Source: the human T2T-CHM13v2.0 reference genome, Homo sapiens
Direction: 5' to 3' (one strand)
Length of the DNA stretch: 64,000 bases
Assembly: GCF_009914755.1 (NCBI RefSeq)
Contig: NC_060931.1
Position numbers and translations under genes: made by a program. Below, in pieces: positions 28,577 to 41,285 of the stretch. The notes beneath the pieces are model-generated. The model had not been told where the DNA came from. It saw only the letters and a list, made by a program, of their open reading frames with translations, and made no database searches. How positions within the stretch are numbered: the first letter of the stretch is position 1; each line of letters begins with the position of its first letter.

Positions 28577-28794
28577 CAGCGATGCTCACCTGGGGGTGAT
28601 TTTGTCCCCCGGGGGATATGTGGCAATATCTGGAGACTCCATTGGTTGTCACAACCAGGGTCGGTGGGAAGGTACAGGCACCTGCTGGGTAGAGGCCAGG
28701 GATGCTGCCAAACATCCTACAATGCACAAGACAGCCCCCACAACAAAGGATTATTTAGCCCAATATTCAACAGGCCTCAGGTTGAGAAGCCCTG
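28577..28794 (+). mobile_element. MER20 (hAT-Charlie) DNA transposon, full length
   Basis: gggggtgattttgtcccc...gggtagaggccagggatgctgccaaacatcctacaatgcacaagacagccccc...ggttgagaagccctg. 8-bp TSD gtttagag/gtcttgag with two mismatches. Confidence 0.9.
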
Positions 28795-29109
28795 GTCTTG
28801 AGTGACATCAATGTAACTAATAAACATTAACTTAAGATTTCTAAAAAGCATATCGTAAGAGTTCCAGGCCCTAGAAACCTAGGCCCTTTCTTCCTTATCG
28901 TGTCACCAGTTCCTGTACTATAACTTAGGCATTTCAAACCTGGTCACAGGGGAGACGCTTCCCCTAGAGTTTCTGCCCTGGAAGACCACAGTTCCCTGGG
29001 TATAAAAGAGAAGTCTGTGTCTATAAGTGAGGACAGGATTCTTCACTGATTTGTAATGCATGCTGCTGGACCACACATTTTATGAAGTCTAGGTGTAAAA
29101 CAAAATGAT

Positions 29110-29240
29110 GTATTATTTCATTCATTTACTCATTCATCCATTTCATAAACTTGTTGAGCACCTTCTATGTGCCAAGTACCGTGCTGGGTGCTGGGGACAA
29201 GATGAAGAACAAGGCAGGCATTGCCTTCAAGGAGTTCGGT
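29110..29240 (-). mobile_element. L2 3' end
   Basis: tcattcatttactcattcatcc...ttgagcaccttctatgtgccaagtaccgtgctgggtgctggggac...ccttcaaggagttc. Confidence 0.75.
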
Positions 29241-29954
29241 GGGTTGTGATTTCTTATCTTGAAATTCAAATGCTTTAATAATTTGGAAGCGTGAACACAC
29301 ATTTATAATTACAAAACCTCACTGAACTACAGACATGCTAGCTCCTGTTTTCCAGTGTGTGCAAAAGGTGAAATCCTTTACATGGCTATTTTACCTGCAG
29401 TGCTAAATGTTGCCCAGTATTCAGCAAAGCCACTCCCATCTTCTGGGCTTTTTATTCTAATCAACTCATTGAAGTCAAGCTCCTGGTGCAGACAGAGCCT
29501 TATTAGTCCAAAGCACCAAATAGTTATTTTGACTCTAGGTCTATAAGACGACAGTCATGAAGTTGGAAATGCAATTTTTTAAATAGATAAATCAGCCTGT
29601 TTAAAACTGGCATTTTGTGAATCACAGGTTAGGTAGAGACTATAGCTTTTTCAAAAAGTGGGAAGCGTTGCTGACTACAATTCCAGAAGCTGTAAGCAGG
29701 CTACTCTTACCTCTTTATATAACTAGTAGCTTGGAAGGCTCTGGACAATTATCTGTACTTCTGAAAGATCCTTCTTTGGCAACCTGGAAGCAAAAGTTAT
29801 TTTGGAATTTGATTTCCCTCTCTGAGAGGGTCACCAGTCGGAATAAGGGGTCAAATACTATTCCAGCTCTCCCATCCACCAGCCTCTGGAAGGGGAGATA
29901 AAAGTAACATGAATTTTTTTAGAGCAATGAAACTCTTGAATTCTTCATGATTTA

Positions 29955-30070
29955 CAATTACAGTGCATGAATGTACTTAATGGCCCTGAACTTAATGTAC
30001 TTAATGATACTTTTAAAAGGTTAAAATGGTAATTTTATGTTATTTGTGTTTTACCACAATGAAAATAATT
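29955..30070 (+). mobile_element. Old L1M 3' end fragment
   Basis: tgaatgtacttaatg...aaaggttaaaatggtaattttatgttatttgtgttttaccacaat. Confidence 0.65.
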
Positions 30071-31268
30071 TTAAAAATTAGCTGTTCAGAGATTTAGGGG
30101 GGTGCGTGGGAGTGAACATTTTATTTTACTGAATTGGCAAGGCCTCAAAAAGTTGTACGGAAGTGCTTGGAAATGTACAGAAAATTCACCTTTATTAGCT
30201 CCTCTTGAAACAGTTTCACACATCTGCACACTGCCAGATGACTGATCAGCTCATTCAGGCTAAGGTAAGACTGATGGCTCTTAACTGTCACAGGGAGTAG
30301 CCACCAGTCAATTGAGAGAAAGCTTTTAGCTAGCACCTCTACTAACCCACAGATTTATGTCATAATTATACCCCTGCTCCGAGGCAGACACAACAGAAAT
30401 TGCAGTCATGGAATCACAACAAGGGAAGAGACCTTTAAGGGTCATTTAGTTCAATGAGCCCTCTCAAGCTTCACTCTTGTTCGTGAGGTTTCAGTCCTCC
30501 ACTCTTTGAACACCTCCAATAGCAAGCAACTCCGTATTTTCCAAGACTACCTAGGCTAACTTTAAGCAGAAACCTGGTTTCTTAAAATTTCCAATCATTG
30601 TTTTCATTTCCATCCGTTGGCAAATGGAAACACGCTTGCATTGAAGAATCTATTCTTGTCCCCCTGAGGAAAGTCTAATTCTTTTCTGTGTGATTTTAGT
30701 ATTAAGTGTACTTGATTTATTCTTATTCTTTTAAAAGTGTTAATTTTCCACCAAATGGAAAATATTATTAATCAAACACACCCTTCCTGAATGGAAGTAG
30801 ACATTTTGCCGTATTCGCTTCTTAGTACGAGCACCCTGGAGATTAAAATGCCAGAACTCGATTCAGGTATTTGAACGATGTTCATTTTAGACACAATGGC
30901 AGGCCAGCAGGAAGACAATGTGAGAGCGGCCATTCATGTGAAATACAAAACCCTCGGCCGCTTTCTTCACCTACCCAAAGACTTAGCCCTGCTATGAAAC
31001 CAGGCCTGAAACTGCAGCTGCGTAGAGTAGCAGGGTAACAAGGAAGAAGAGATGCACTGGGCAGCAGCTCAAATGCCTGGCTGGATCACAATGATTGTGT
31101 TTGTGAACTAGGGTGACAGGAAGGCCCACCACCTCTGAGAGTGTTGCTTTTAAAACTAATTATTTTGATTGCCCAAAAGATTTATGTTTACTATATAAAA
31201 TTTAGAGACAAAAAAAGCCATAGATTTCCCAAGTTAACCATTTGGTATATTATTTATCCTTTCATAGT

Positions 31269-31323
31269 AAGTAACCTTGGTGATTATATTTAGTGGAGTT
31301 ACTTGAAATAGATCGTTTAGTTT
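31269..31323 (+). repeat. 55-bp direct repeat, copy 1 (upstream of exon 7)
   Basis: 52/55 identical to 32461-32515, with a 36-bp perfect core cttggtgattatatttagtggagttacttgaaatag. Confidence 0.95.
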
Positions 31324-31685
31324 TCCTATAGCTTTTGTATGGATATATTATTCTTTACAGCCATACAAATAAGCACTATTGGTGGTAGCTGGAGTATTTA
31401 CAAAAGTGGAAATATTTGGTAATTTTATTTGAAAGTGATCTGCCATGACAATGTAGTTCTCTTTGGCCTGGGGCACCGTGTATAGAAGCACGGCTTTGGA
31501 TGATTCTTTGATGTGCGTGGGTTCAAGGCTCAGGAGGGCATTGCTTACCACACACCAAACCATAGGCCTTCTCAGGATTTCTTCAAAGAAATACTAAACG
31601 ATCCATTGGACAGAAAAGTGCAGCTTTGTCTAATGACCTAGACTGCCTTTGCAGACTTCTAATTCTTTTCTTTCCTTTCTCTTAG

Positions 31686-31796
31686 ATGGAGCGACAAATG
31701 TCAGTGAACTCCAGCATCATGGGGATGCAAGGTCCAAATCTCAGCAACCCCTGTGCTTCTCCCCAGGTCCAGCCAATGCATTCAGAAGCCAAAATG
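31686..31796 (+). CDS. CREB5: CREB5 internal coding exon (exon 7 in usual numbering), 111 nt, symmetric phase 0-0
   Basis: Acceptor ttcttttctttcctttctcttAG (AG at 31684-85) and donor GTAAGT at 31797. Encodes MERQMSVNSSIMGMQGPNLSNPCASPQVQPMHSEAKM, in frame with and contiguous to the previous exon in CREB5. Confidence 0.96.
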
Positions 31797-32460
31797 GTAA
31801 GTAACAGTTATAATCACCCTTTCATTATTCTGTGACTTTTTCTTTTGAATTTTACTCTGACTCCAAAACCTTAGTTCAGCTAGGTAGAGGGCTCCATCTT
31901 TGTTTTGGTGAATGAAAGGCAGTGCAGAGACTGCCTCTCTTTTTGAGGATGTTTGCTACAGAGCCTTGGTGTCAGATAATCATGTAACAAGCACTGGATT
32001 GGCAAGTGGTATTAATGAAAGGAACATTTAGGAGTTTTGGTAGATCCATACAAGTTGGGGTAGGATATACCCAAGCGTGTATATATTTGCTCAGCATGTG
32101 AAATAATAAAAATAATACAAAACTACTCATTCTTCAAGGTAGTTACAGTTTCAATGCCACTCTTCCTGTCCCCATATTCATTAAGACAGAAGCTTGATGC
32201 TTAAACACACACTGGTATGAAAATGTTTTGTGTTTTCTGTTATATTGTCAGAAGTGACATTGATTTGAAAGGATGAGAGCCTTATTTTCTTGCAACCCTT
32301 ACTGAAAGGCATGATTTCAGGTGAAAATCTTCAGTGATTTTTAACATATGTTACATGTTTGCAGTAAGGTCAGTCTTTCCAATCACAGATAGAGTTATGC
32401 ATCTATATTCTACCAAATATTAGCAAAACCAATGCAATACGTGTCTGTCTTTGCAATATA

Positions 32461-32515
32461 AAGTAAGCTTGGTGATTATATTTAGTGGAGTTACTTGAAA
32501 TAGGTCATTTAGTTT
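32461..32515 (+). repeat. 55-bp direct repeat, copy 2 (downstream of exon 7)
   Basis: Matches copy 1 at 31269-31323. Confidence 0.95.
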
Positions 32516-33109
32516 ACATACAGTTTAATTCTCATGCCACAATTAATAAGGTATCACATGACTGCAAAATACACTGCAGCAAACTTTCTAGCATCTGATA
32601 TTGGATAAGGATAGCTTGTGCTAGAAGTTGGAGATTAATCTGGTCTGCTGACTGGCAGCATTAGAGACTGTATCTGATGGTTGGTGTGAGGATGTTGTTG
32701 ACAGTTCTGAAAGTTAGCCATCAATTCCTGTGCAGGGTGGAGTCAGACCCAGTGACTTCCTTTTCAATGTCAGCAAGAGTTTTCTCATGCCTGCTTTGGT
32801 CACTTTCTCTTGGAAACTTCACGCATTTGACTTGCAGCTTCTTGACCCGAGGAATCAACTGAGCTCCCAGTGCTGGCTACCTTGGGCAAATAAAATCTGT
32901 GGTTGAGAGAGTTCTCTTTGCTGTGCCACAGTCCCTGTGATGTGCCAAATGGCACCAGCATTTGCAGCAAAGCTCGTTAAATCTTTTTGGAATGGGCAAA
33001 TATTTTTTCAACTTGAGCCCTGCTGAGCCAAACCAAATACTTGCTGGCAGAATAAAGTTCAAACTGGCAACTGTTTTGGAGACCAAAGTAATGCCATATA
33101 TCTTTTTTT

Positions 33110-33162
33110 AAAAAAAAAAAAAAAAAGAAAGAAAGAAAGAAAGAAAAGAAAGAAAAGAAAAA
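33110..33162. repeat. Poly-A/(GAAA)n polypurine tract
   Basis: A16 followed by (gaaa)n and gaaaa units. Confidence 0.85.
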
Positions 33163-35349
33163 ATGAACTGTGAAGGTACTTAAGAAAAATAAATGTAAGT
33201 TCTTCATGTATATGAATAAATACTCAGGGTCTGTGTCTGAGATGTTACTCCCTGTGGTTTACTTTGGAATCTTCTTATCTGCTTCAGGGTCTGTACCTTT
33301 TGGAGGGACCTTCCAGATAGATATTAGGTAGATTCTAAAACACAATTCCAAACTGAATTTCTCTGCCAGTTGATTTTCACTGGATTTTATGCCACTGCTT
33401 GACTCAAAAGTGTCCTTCTTCTCTTCTTGCTGGCAAAGAAGGAAAATGCTTCCAAAGGTGGTGCAGGTTTATACTTATTTATACGTATGAAATAAATCAT
33501 ATGATTTGGCAAATGAATAGTGAATCATGTCAGTTGGAAACAAAGGGAACTGGTCTGTACTTATAAAAATAGTTTTACCCCACAAATGTTTGTTGGGTTA
33601 AATTTACTGAGTAAGCACACCACGAGGCTGATTCATGTTCTAAGAAAATGAATATTTCCAGGTCCACAGCATCTGAGCTAATGAACTCTATCATAGGGTT
33701 GGGGCTTAGGGAGTACAGCTATTCTCTGCCCCAAGCTCCCACCTCTACCCCTGTTATTGCCAATACATCAATTTGAAGGGAAAAATGGTAGCATTGGCTG
33801 CTCATGTTTGAAAGAATAGTACTGGAAAAATGTTAAGTGAATTTGAATATGTCACTCAGCATCTCTGTTCTTATTATGCTTGCATTTTTACTGGAGAAAT
33901 CAGTTATTGCCATATACTAACCATATAGTATTTTCTAGCAGCTTTGGGCTGCTCAGATGAAAAGCTTTTACGAAATACAAAGTAGTGAAGGAAAAAAAAA
34001 ACTTGCACGATTTTAATGTCAGCCAGAGCCTCCCCAGGTTTCTCTGAACTATGGGCTTTGTTGTTCTATGCCTAATTTTCTTCCTGTGTAAGACTGGAAT
34101 GGATTCCAGATTTCAACTAAAACTCTTGTTTCACTGTTTTCAAGGACTTTTCCAAAGGTCACACATGGACTATTGTGATGAATGCACTCTGCAGGGTGTG
34201 TTCCCAGAGCACAGAAGTAACCAGAGAGCTGCAAGGGAGGTGTTGCCCACACCAAAACACTGCAGACTTATTCCCCTGGGGACAGTGCTGTCAGAGTGTC
34301 CATTTCAAGCTCCCTGTTGGCCACAGACAAAAGCCATTATCCTAAATCTCTGGCGAAACTTGGAGGTCTTAGAAGTGGACAGAAGTTTAAGACAGGATTG
34401 CTTTAAATGCACAATTTTGTTAGAATTTTTCTGAGTAGTGATTGCCCATTAGAATGCATCTGTTTTCTTTGCCCCCAATTAGTAATTTCTATTGTGAGAG
34501 CAAGCAAACCCAGTGCCTTTATCAAGTTCTCCAGCGCATTAATCTAGGACATCCTAGATCAAGAAGCACATGTGCAAATCTTTTGATTTAATGTACATTA
34601 GTATCAATGTACTGTAGCCACATCTGTCCAAGCTATTTTTATCATAATTCTGGCTAATTATAATTTCATTTTATGGATTCATTTTCTGAAGAATTAAGTC
34701 AACAGACATGGCTTCACAATGCACGTATTGGATTCCTTTTGGGGGTCAGAGCAGACTCAGAGCTCTGAGAGGCTTCTGTCTTTCTAACCTCTCAACATCA
34801 TAGGCTCTTCCTTCTAGATTCCTGGGAGCAATACGTGTCTTAGATGAAAGTGGGATCTGCTAGAAAGAAATTCACTGATAGATACCTGGTGGACATTTTT
34901 AACATTCAAAGGGGAAAAGGAGGAAAGGAAGGGGTAGGGGAAATGCAAACCATCCCGGGACACATTTCCAGTCTCTATAGCATGCAGATGATTCTGTAGT
35001 AATGTGGTTATGGTGTTCTCAGAGTTATGTAGATATGTGTTCATTTCTATTTATGGGAATCAGACCAATTCTATTAAGCTTTGAAAGAGGTTTTTGTTTT
35101 TATTTTAAAGAAACCAGTAACGATTTGGAAGCTAAATAAGCAGTGAGGGTTAGGGGTGGAGATGTGGCCATACACCTGTCTTGTGTCTCATTAACTATGA
35201 GGTGGCTACTACTGTATAGGACTGATTAAAATGATGGAGGGCTCTGACCACTCTGCCCAGGTTTCACCTTAAGTTTATTCAGAGTTAGTGAAGGCTAGAG
35301 AGTGTTGATACTAGGAATGACAGTAGGAAAAAGATATGTACAGGTGTGA

Positions 35350-35703
<354 letters not shown>

Positions 35704-37640
35704 TATTGTCCCCACTTTACAGCTGAGGCAACTGAGGCTACAAACGGTTAATAAAACTGGCCCAGTGACACAACACTTAGCAAAGACTAAAGTTTCAGAC
35801 TCCAGTAACAAAGCTTTTGATCACAACATTGATCCTTTGGATAAAAATATCATATGGCTACCAGATAGATGTCAGTAACCAGCAGATTAAATCAGATTCC
35901 CTTGGGTTAATTTATATTTACATAAAAATGGGAGACAAGGATGGCAAGGATAGTTTATACCTCCAAATAACCTGGAAAAGATGTAGAGTGGTTAGCAGCA
36001 TTCCTGCTTGGTTTAAACAGGACTCTGTAGCCTCACTAACTGGTACAGCTTCACTGTTCTTTATCCAAACACATTCTTGTCTTGACTTTTCTTATTTTAC
36101 ACGTGTGTCTCTCTCGATTGATTGAAAACTCCTTGAAGATGATCTTTGCATCGTGCAAGCTCCTTGTACTGAGAAAGGCCCCATGAATGAGAAATGAATT
36201 TGAGTTTGAGTTGAGTTGAATTAAAATAATGGGAAGGAACAAACCCTAGCAATGCTGATGAAGGTGGGGTGAAGTGGGATAAATCCAGATGAATTCTAAG
36301 CTAAGTAATCAGCCTATCAAGAGTAGTTGACTTCATTTGATTTCTTTGAAAAATACCTAAATCTGTCATTTTTTTTTTCCTGGAGAGAAAAGCAGTATGT
36401 CTGTTCCTTTGAAAATAGAAGTTGGAATGTCTTTGTCCTCCTTGGAGTTGAGCATCAGTACTAAATGCTATTTCTTCCATTGTGTTGGACTGGTCATGCT
36501 GTATTTTGATCATTTATTGTCAATACCTCGTCTATAGTTAGGTTTGCAATTTATTGAATAGATACCTAAGTACATGCATTAATGAATCAATGAAAGAAGC
36601 TAAAAGGATGAGAAAGACAAGGCATCTTAGAAATGGAGACTACTTAGTTAGAACCTTCTCCAATTCCTTCTTTTCACAAGTGAGGACACCGAGGCCCACT
36701 AAAGATTTAGGGAGATAAAGCCATATTTTAAACACAAAACTGGACCCTGAGCTTGGGCCTTCACATTTCTACCTAGAATTGTGATTTCTCTGTCAGCTGC
36801 ACTGACACATTACTAACAGTGCTTCTGTCGGCTCGTGGTTTCCTCCGCACAGCCTGGCAGACAAGAACTAGGGAGGTATGGTGAGCAATCCGTGGTTGCA
36901 TATCCACTTCGTTTTGAATGTCAACCTGGGTGTGTTTGTGTTTGCCTTTCCCCTCCCTAATTATCGAGCTGGATAACTGTTTGCCTACGGTGCCCCTTGG
37001 CCACCCACTGTCCAACAGATAAATCACAGAGGAGCCTGGCTCCAGATGGAGTTGCCTGGAAAGCTTATACACATGAAAAGACAGTCTCCAGGTAACATCT
37101 CTCTGGCACTCCTGAAAAATGCAGTTCTTCGATTTGCCTATTTGCTTTAATCATCCCCAGCTTCACTTCCTAAAAGTCCAGGAATAAAAAGCAATGAATG
37201 AATAGGCTGTCTGCTTCTCAGAAGCTTTGTGACTAGGAAAGAAGTGCTATTGACTTTAAAGAAGCTCTCATCAACTTTTGAATCATGCCAGCAGCCATGT
37301 GACCCTGTAGCCTGTGATCAAAACATGATGATGATGGGCTGAAGTAAGATGACCACGTTTCTCAGAATGCTCCTCCCTCATTGCTGTGAAAACCACTGTC
37401 CACCATGCAGATGAATAGGAATTACATAAGATTCCATGACAACAGCAGCAACAATAGCAATCTACAGTCTCACTTGTATGTATGCTGTGTCTCACCTTAA
37501 AAGCGATTTTCCTTCTTAAAACACCGTGGTAGAGAGTAGTTATTGCCAGCCTGAATCAAGCACTTATGTATGTGGTAGGAGCTATGTTAAGCATCTTGCA
37601 ATATATTCTCAATTTTTAGAACAATTTGATGAGGTAGATA

Positions 37641-37951
37641 TTCTTTTTTCTTTCTTTTTTTGTTTTTTGAGACATCCTGCTCTATCAACCAGACTAAAGT
37701 GCAGTGGAGGGACCATGGCTCACTGCAGCCTCAAACTTGCAGGCTCAAGTAATCCTCCCACGTACTAGGTGGTGCAGCTAGTAACTAGGACTGCAGATGC
37801 GCCACCACACCCAAATAATTTTTTTTTTTTTTTGAGACAGAGTCTCCCTATGTTGCTTAGGCTCATCTTGGAACTCCTGGGTTCAAGCAATCCTCGCACT
37901 TCAACCTCCCAGACTGCTAGGATTACAGGCATGAGCCACCACGCTTGGCCC
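37641..37951 (-). mobile_element. AluJ SINE within a MIR
   Basis: Divergent antisense Alu dimer. Confidence 0.87.
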
Positions 37952-40900
37952 AGATAGTGTCCTTAATCTTATTTTACGAGTGAATAAACTGAAAGGTTGG
38001 GTATGTTGTAGAGCATGCAGTTGGTAAAATATGGTCTGGGATGTGAACCCAAGCACTGGGCTCCTGGTTCTAGCCCTTAATTGTAATGTTTAGCCAGCAG
38101 TAGGGATTGTTATCCTGTGAGTTTACATTAGTAGAGCACTTTACAAATTGCAAACTGCTTCCATGTACATCATATTGTTGGGGCTTCATAGCAACCCTGT
38201 AGGATCAACAGGGAAAGTTACTATGCTTGTTTTATAGACACAGAGAGGTTAAGTGACTTTTCCAGGATCACTCAGTGGTATAACCAGGACCTGAGCCCAG
38301 GTTTTCTTTGATTTTTGTCCTGTTTCTATTATATCATGCTATCCCTGGCGTTCCCATGGTAACTTATTCTGAATAAAAGCATGCCTTTATAAAAATAAAG
38401 CTCAGTTGTATAAAGTAAGATTAGGCTCAAATTAGTAGCTCAGGCCCCACCACCTCTTTGCTTATGCCTATTAAACTCTCTAGACCTCATCAACTAAATA
38501 TTGGAGAGGAGTCTTCTCTAAATCTCTGTCTGGCTGAGACAAGTGCTGAATTTGAGTTTAGCTATTGTTATTAAAGAATTAAAAGCAATAGCACTTTGAG
38601 ACTAACACTGAGAGCCAACAGAAACCCCATCTCCTTTCTGCTGGCTAGAAGTATGACGTTTTATATGCCATTGCCACTTTGCCCATTTAAACTGTAGAAA
38701 GTTTAATTTAGGAATATATCATGTCATCTTAAAAATAAAATGTAAATGATTAGATTATGAGGTCATTGATAAGAGAAGGGCTAGCAACCATCTATTTATA
38801 TTTCTACAGAAAAGAATAAGTTCTTACAGAGTTTGTATTCCATGACCTGATCAGAACTCCAAATACACGAGAATATACATTCGATTATGTGTCTTGAAAA
38901 CAAGAATTGAGAGATGATTAATTGCCTATGAATCACCAAATTCCAAAACAGGAAGGGAGTTCGGGGATTCTTTTGGCAAAATCGTTTCTTTTGAGAAAAA
39001 AAGGCCTGAAGTTCAAGTTAATAACTTGTCTAAGGTCAAGAAGCTAATGAATGGAAGAAGGAGAATTAGAACCCAGGTTCCTGATTTTCAAGTGTGTTGA
39101 ACTTCCCTCTGTATATACTATCAAGTTTGATGGGGAAAGTCATCCGCTGGTTGCTGTGAGAGTGACCTTTCTAAGGTGATAGCTTATGAAGCATTTTCTG
39201 CAATTTGGTTATTGAAGCGAAGTACACAGGGGTGAAAGAGGCCAATCAGCTTTTCCCTTCTATGTCAACTGGGAATTGAAGCTGATCATCAAATTCCCCG
39301 AAGGAATGGGCTCAATTCTCTATGATTCTTCCAGAGACTTGGTGGTCTTGACTTGGCTTATTTGCCAGCCAGCGTACGAATACATGCTGAGGATTTCATC
39401 CCTTGGCACCTAGTACAAAATGCCTTGGTTTTGCTTGTCACCAACCCAAATCCCCATGTTTTCTCGCTGTTTTCTTTGTGCCTGCATGGGTCTTCCTCGG
39501 GTTCTAGAGCTCCACATCATGCTGGGTGTGGAGTGGTGAATGAGCCCACTGCTCACACAAGCACAGAGGGGTTTTGAAACGCCCCTTTCCATTCCATCTT
39601 TTCTCTTGGCCCTACCTTCTCCACCCTCACAACCGGCTCCTTGTACACACACTCAGACATTCTCCTAGGACTCATTGTCTTCTCGGTTTTATTTCTTTCT
39701 CTTTCTGCCAGTATCCACCCTGTTTTGGTAACCACGGCAACTGGTGAAATACAATCCCAATATTTGCTAGCTGCCTCTGTCACCCAGCCCAGCACGCGCA
39801 TTGCTGGGTCTTGTTTTTATGTTTGTTTAATGTTCCTGAGCCTGAATTCAGATGCATCTGGGCAAGAAAAACTGCATATGGTTTGGGTCAGAACACCCCC
39901 TCTCAGACAAAGTTTTCAAGAGCCTCTTTCTTGTGTATTTGTGGACGTGTGAGCACGCGTGTGTCCCTGTCTGCTTTGGAACATTGTGCGAATAAGTTCA
40001 GCTGTGTCAGAAAAGCCAGGAAAAAAAAAGGAAATTTAACAATCTTGTTACAGGGAAGTTCTGCTTTGCAGAGATATATTTTGGTCATTTTCTTGGAATG
40101 TTTGTAGCTTACACTTCCAAGATTTTTGCCAGCACAGCTAATAATGAAAGTTTGCTTTGCACTTTGGGATGATGACTCTGTCTTGCTTTTTTTTTTTTTT
40201 TTTTGTGGGAAGCACAGAAGATCTATCTGGAAATTTGTGCCTTGATAGGGATGGAAGGTGGGGCATTCGGGTAGACAGAGGAGGCAAAGTTTTCCTAAAG
40301 GTTTAGGGTTGTTTTTTTTTTTTTTCTTAAAACCCAAGAATCCAATCTTGAAATTTAAACTACGAAGAGTATGTTTTCCCTTTTGGTATCCTTTTAAAAT
40401 TGTCTTTTTATCGCTTGTTTGAGAAGCTGGATTGTACTAAATGATTGTTGTATTGCTGTAGTGTGAATAAGATGAATCATTAGCTTCACAGGATACTTAG
40501 GTCCCAGACAATAAAGGCATGCCTCAATTATTTTTATTTCAAAACAGCATACACAGTCCCCAGGACAGAAGTGTTCAAGGAGGATGAGATTTTAATCCAA
40601 CTGTGGCCTTGTATTCCAGAGATTAAAAAGTGCAACCAGAGAGCCGAGTCAGTAACCTTGATTTCAAAATAGAGCCAGGATCTGAGGTGTAAGGAGCACA
40701 CTTGGGTAGAATTTCAGAGCTGGTAAAGTGTTTCACATGCACCCTTTTCTGGAACTTCCTTCTCCCTTTTGGCACCTTGCATAGGAACATGTTGCACCCA
40801 TGTTTCCAAGGTACCTGAGCCTCAGTTTGGTCCAGTGTTCCTACCAGCCCCTTCTCCTCCACTCATCTCTGCACACCATGATCTCGCTCCAGGACCCCCT

Positions 40901-40989
40901 CTCAGGAGCCCGGCATTTTCCTGAGGGCTTCTTGCTGCCTCTGGCTGCCCCGCCTAGACTTGCATACAATCCCTGTTTGCTGCTGCAAA

Positions 40990-41285
40990 CTCCACTCCTT
41001 TTGTCAAGGCTCAGCTCAAATGTACCTTTCCTGTGAAGTCTTCTTGCCTTCCCCAGGTGGGCAGGAGCCATGCCTTCTTCTAGGACAGACTCCACTTGCA
41101 CTGTTTGTCTCTTCCTCATGGAGCTTTACTGTGTTGTCATTGTCCATGGACCTGCCTCGCCGCCAGCCTGCAAGCTCCATGAGAGCTGGGGCCAGTTTGA
41201 TTCAGCTCCGTGTCCCCAGTTTGCCATCTCTCCTGTACTTGCTAGGTGCCCAGTAAACATTTGCTGATAGAATGAAGGAAGAAAA
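40990..41285 (+). mobile_element. L2 3' end
   Basis: tcaaggctcagctcaaatgtacctttcctgtgaagtcttc...gcaagctccatgagagc...taggtgcccagtaaacatttgctgatagaatgaa. Confidence 0.75.

Noticed and set aside
31269-32515. 55-bp repeat read as a CRISPR array, LTR pair or C/D-box snoRNA
   Set aside because: Only two copies in human intronic DNA. There are no TG...CA termini or TSD, and no proper RTGATGA/CTGA boxes with a terminal stem.
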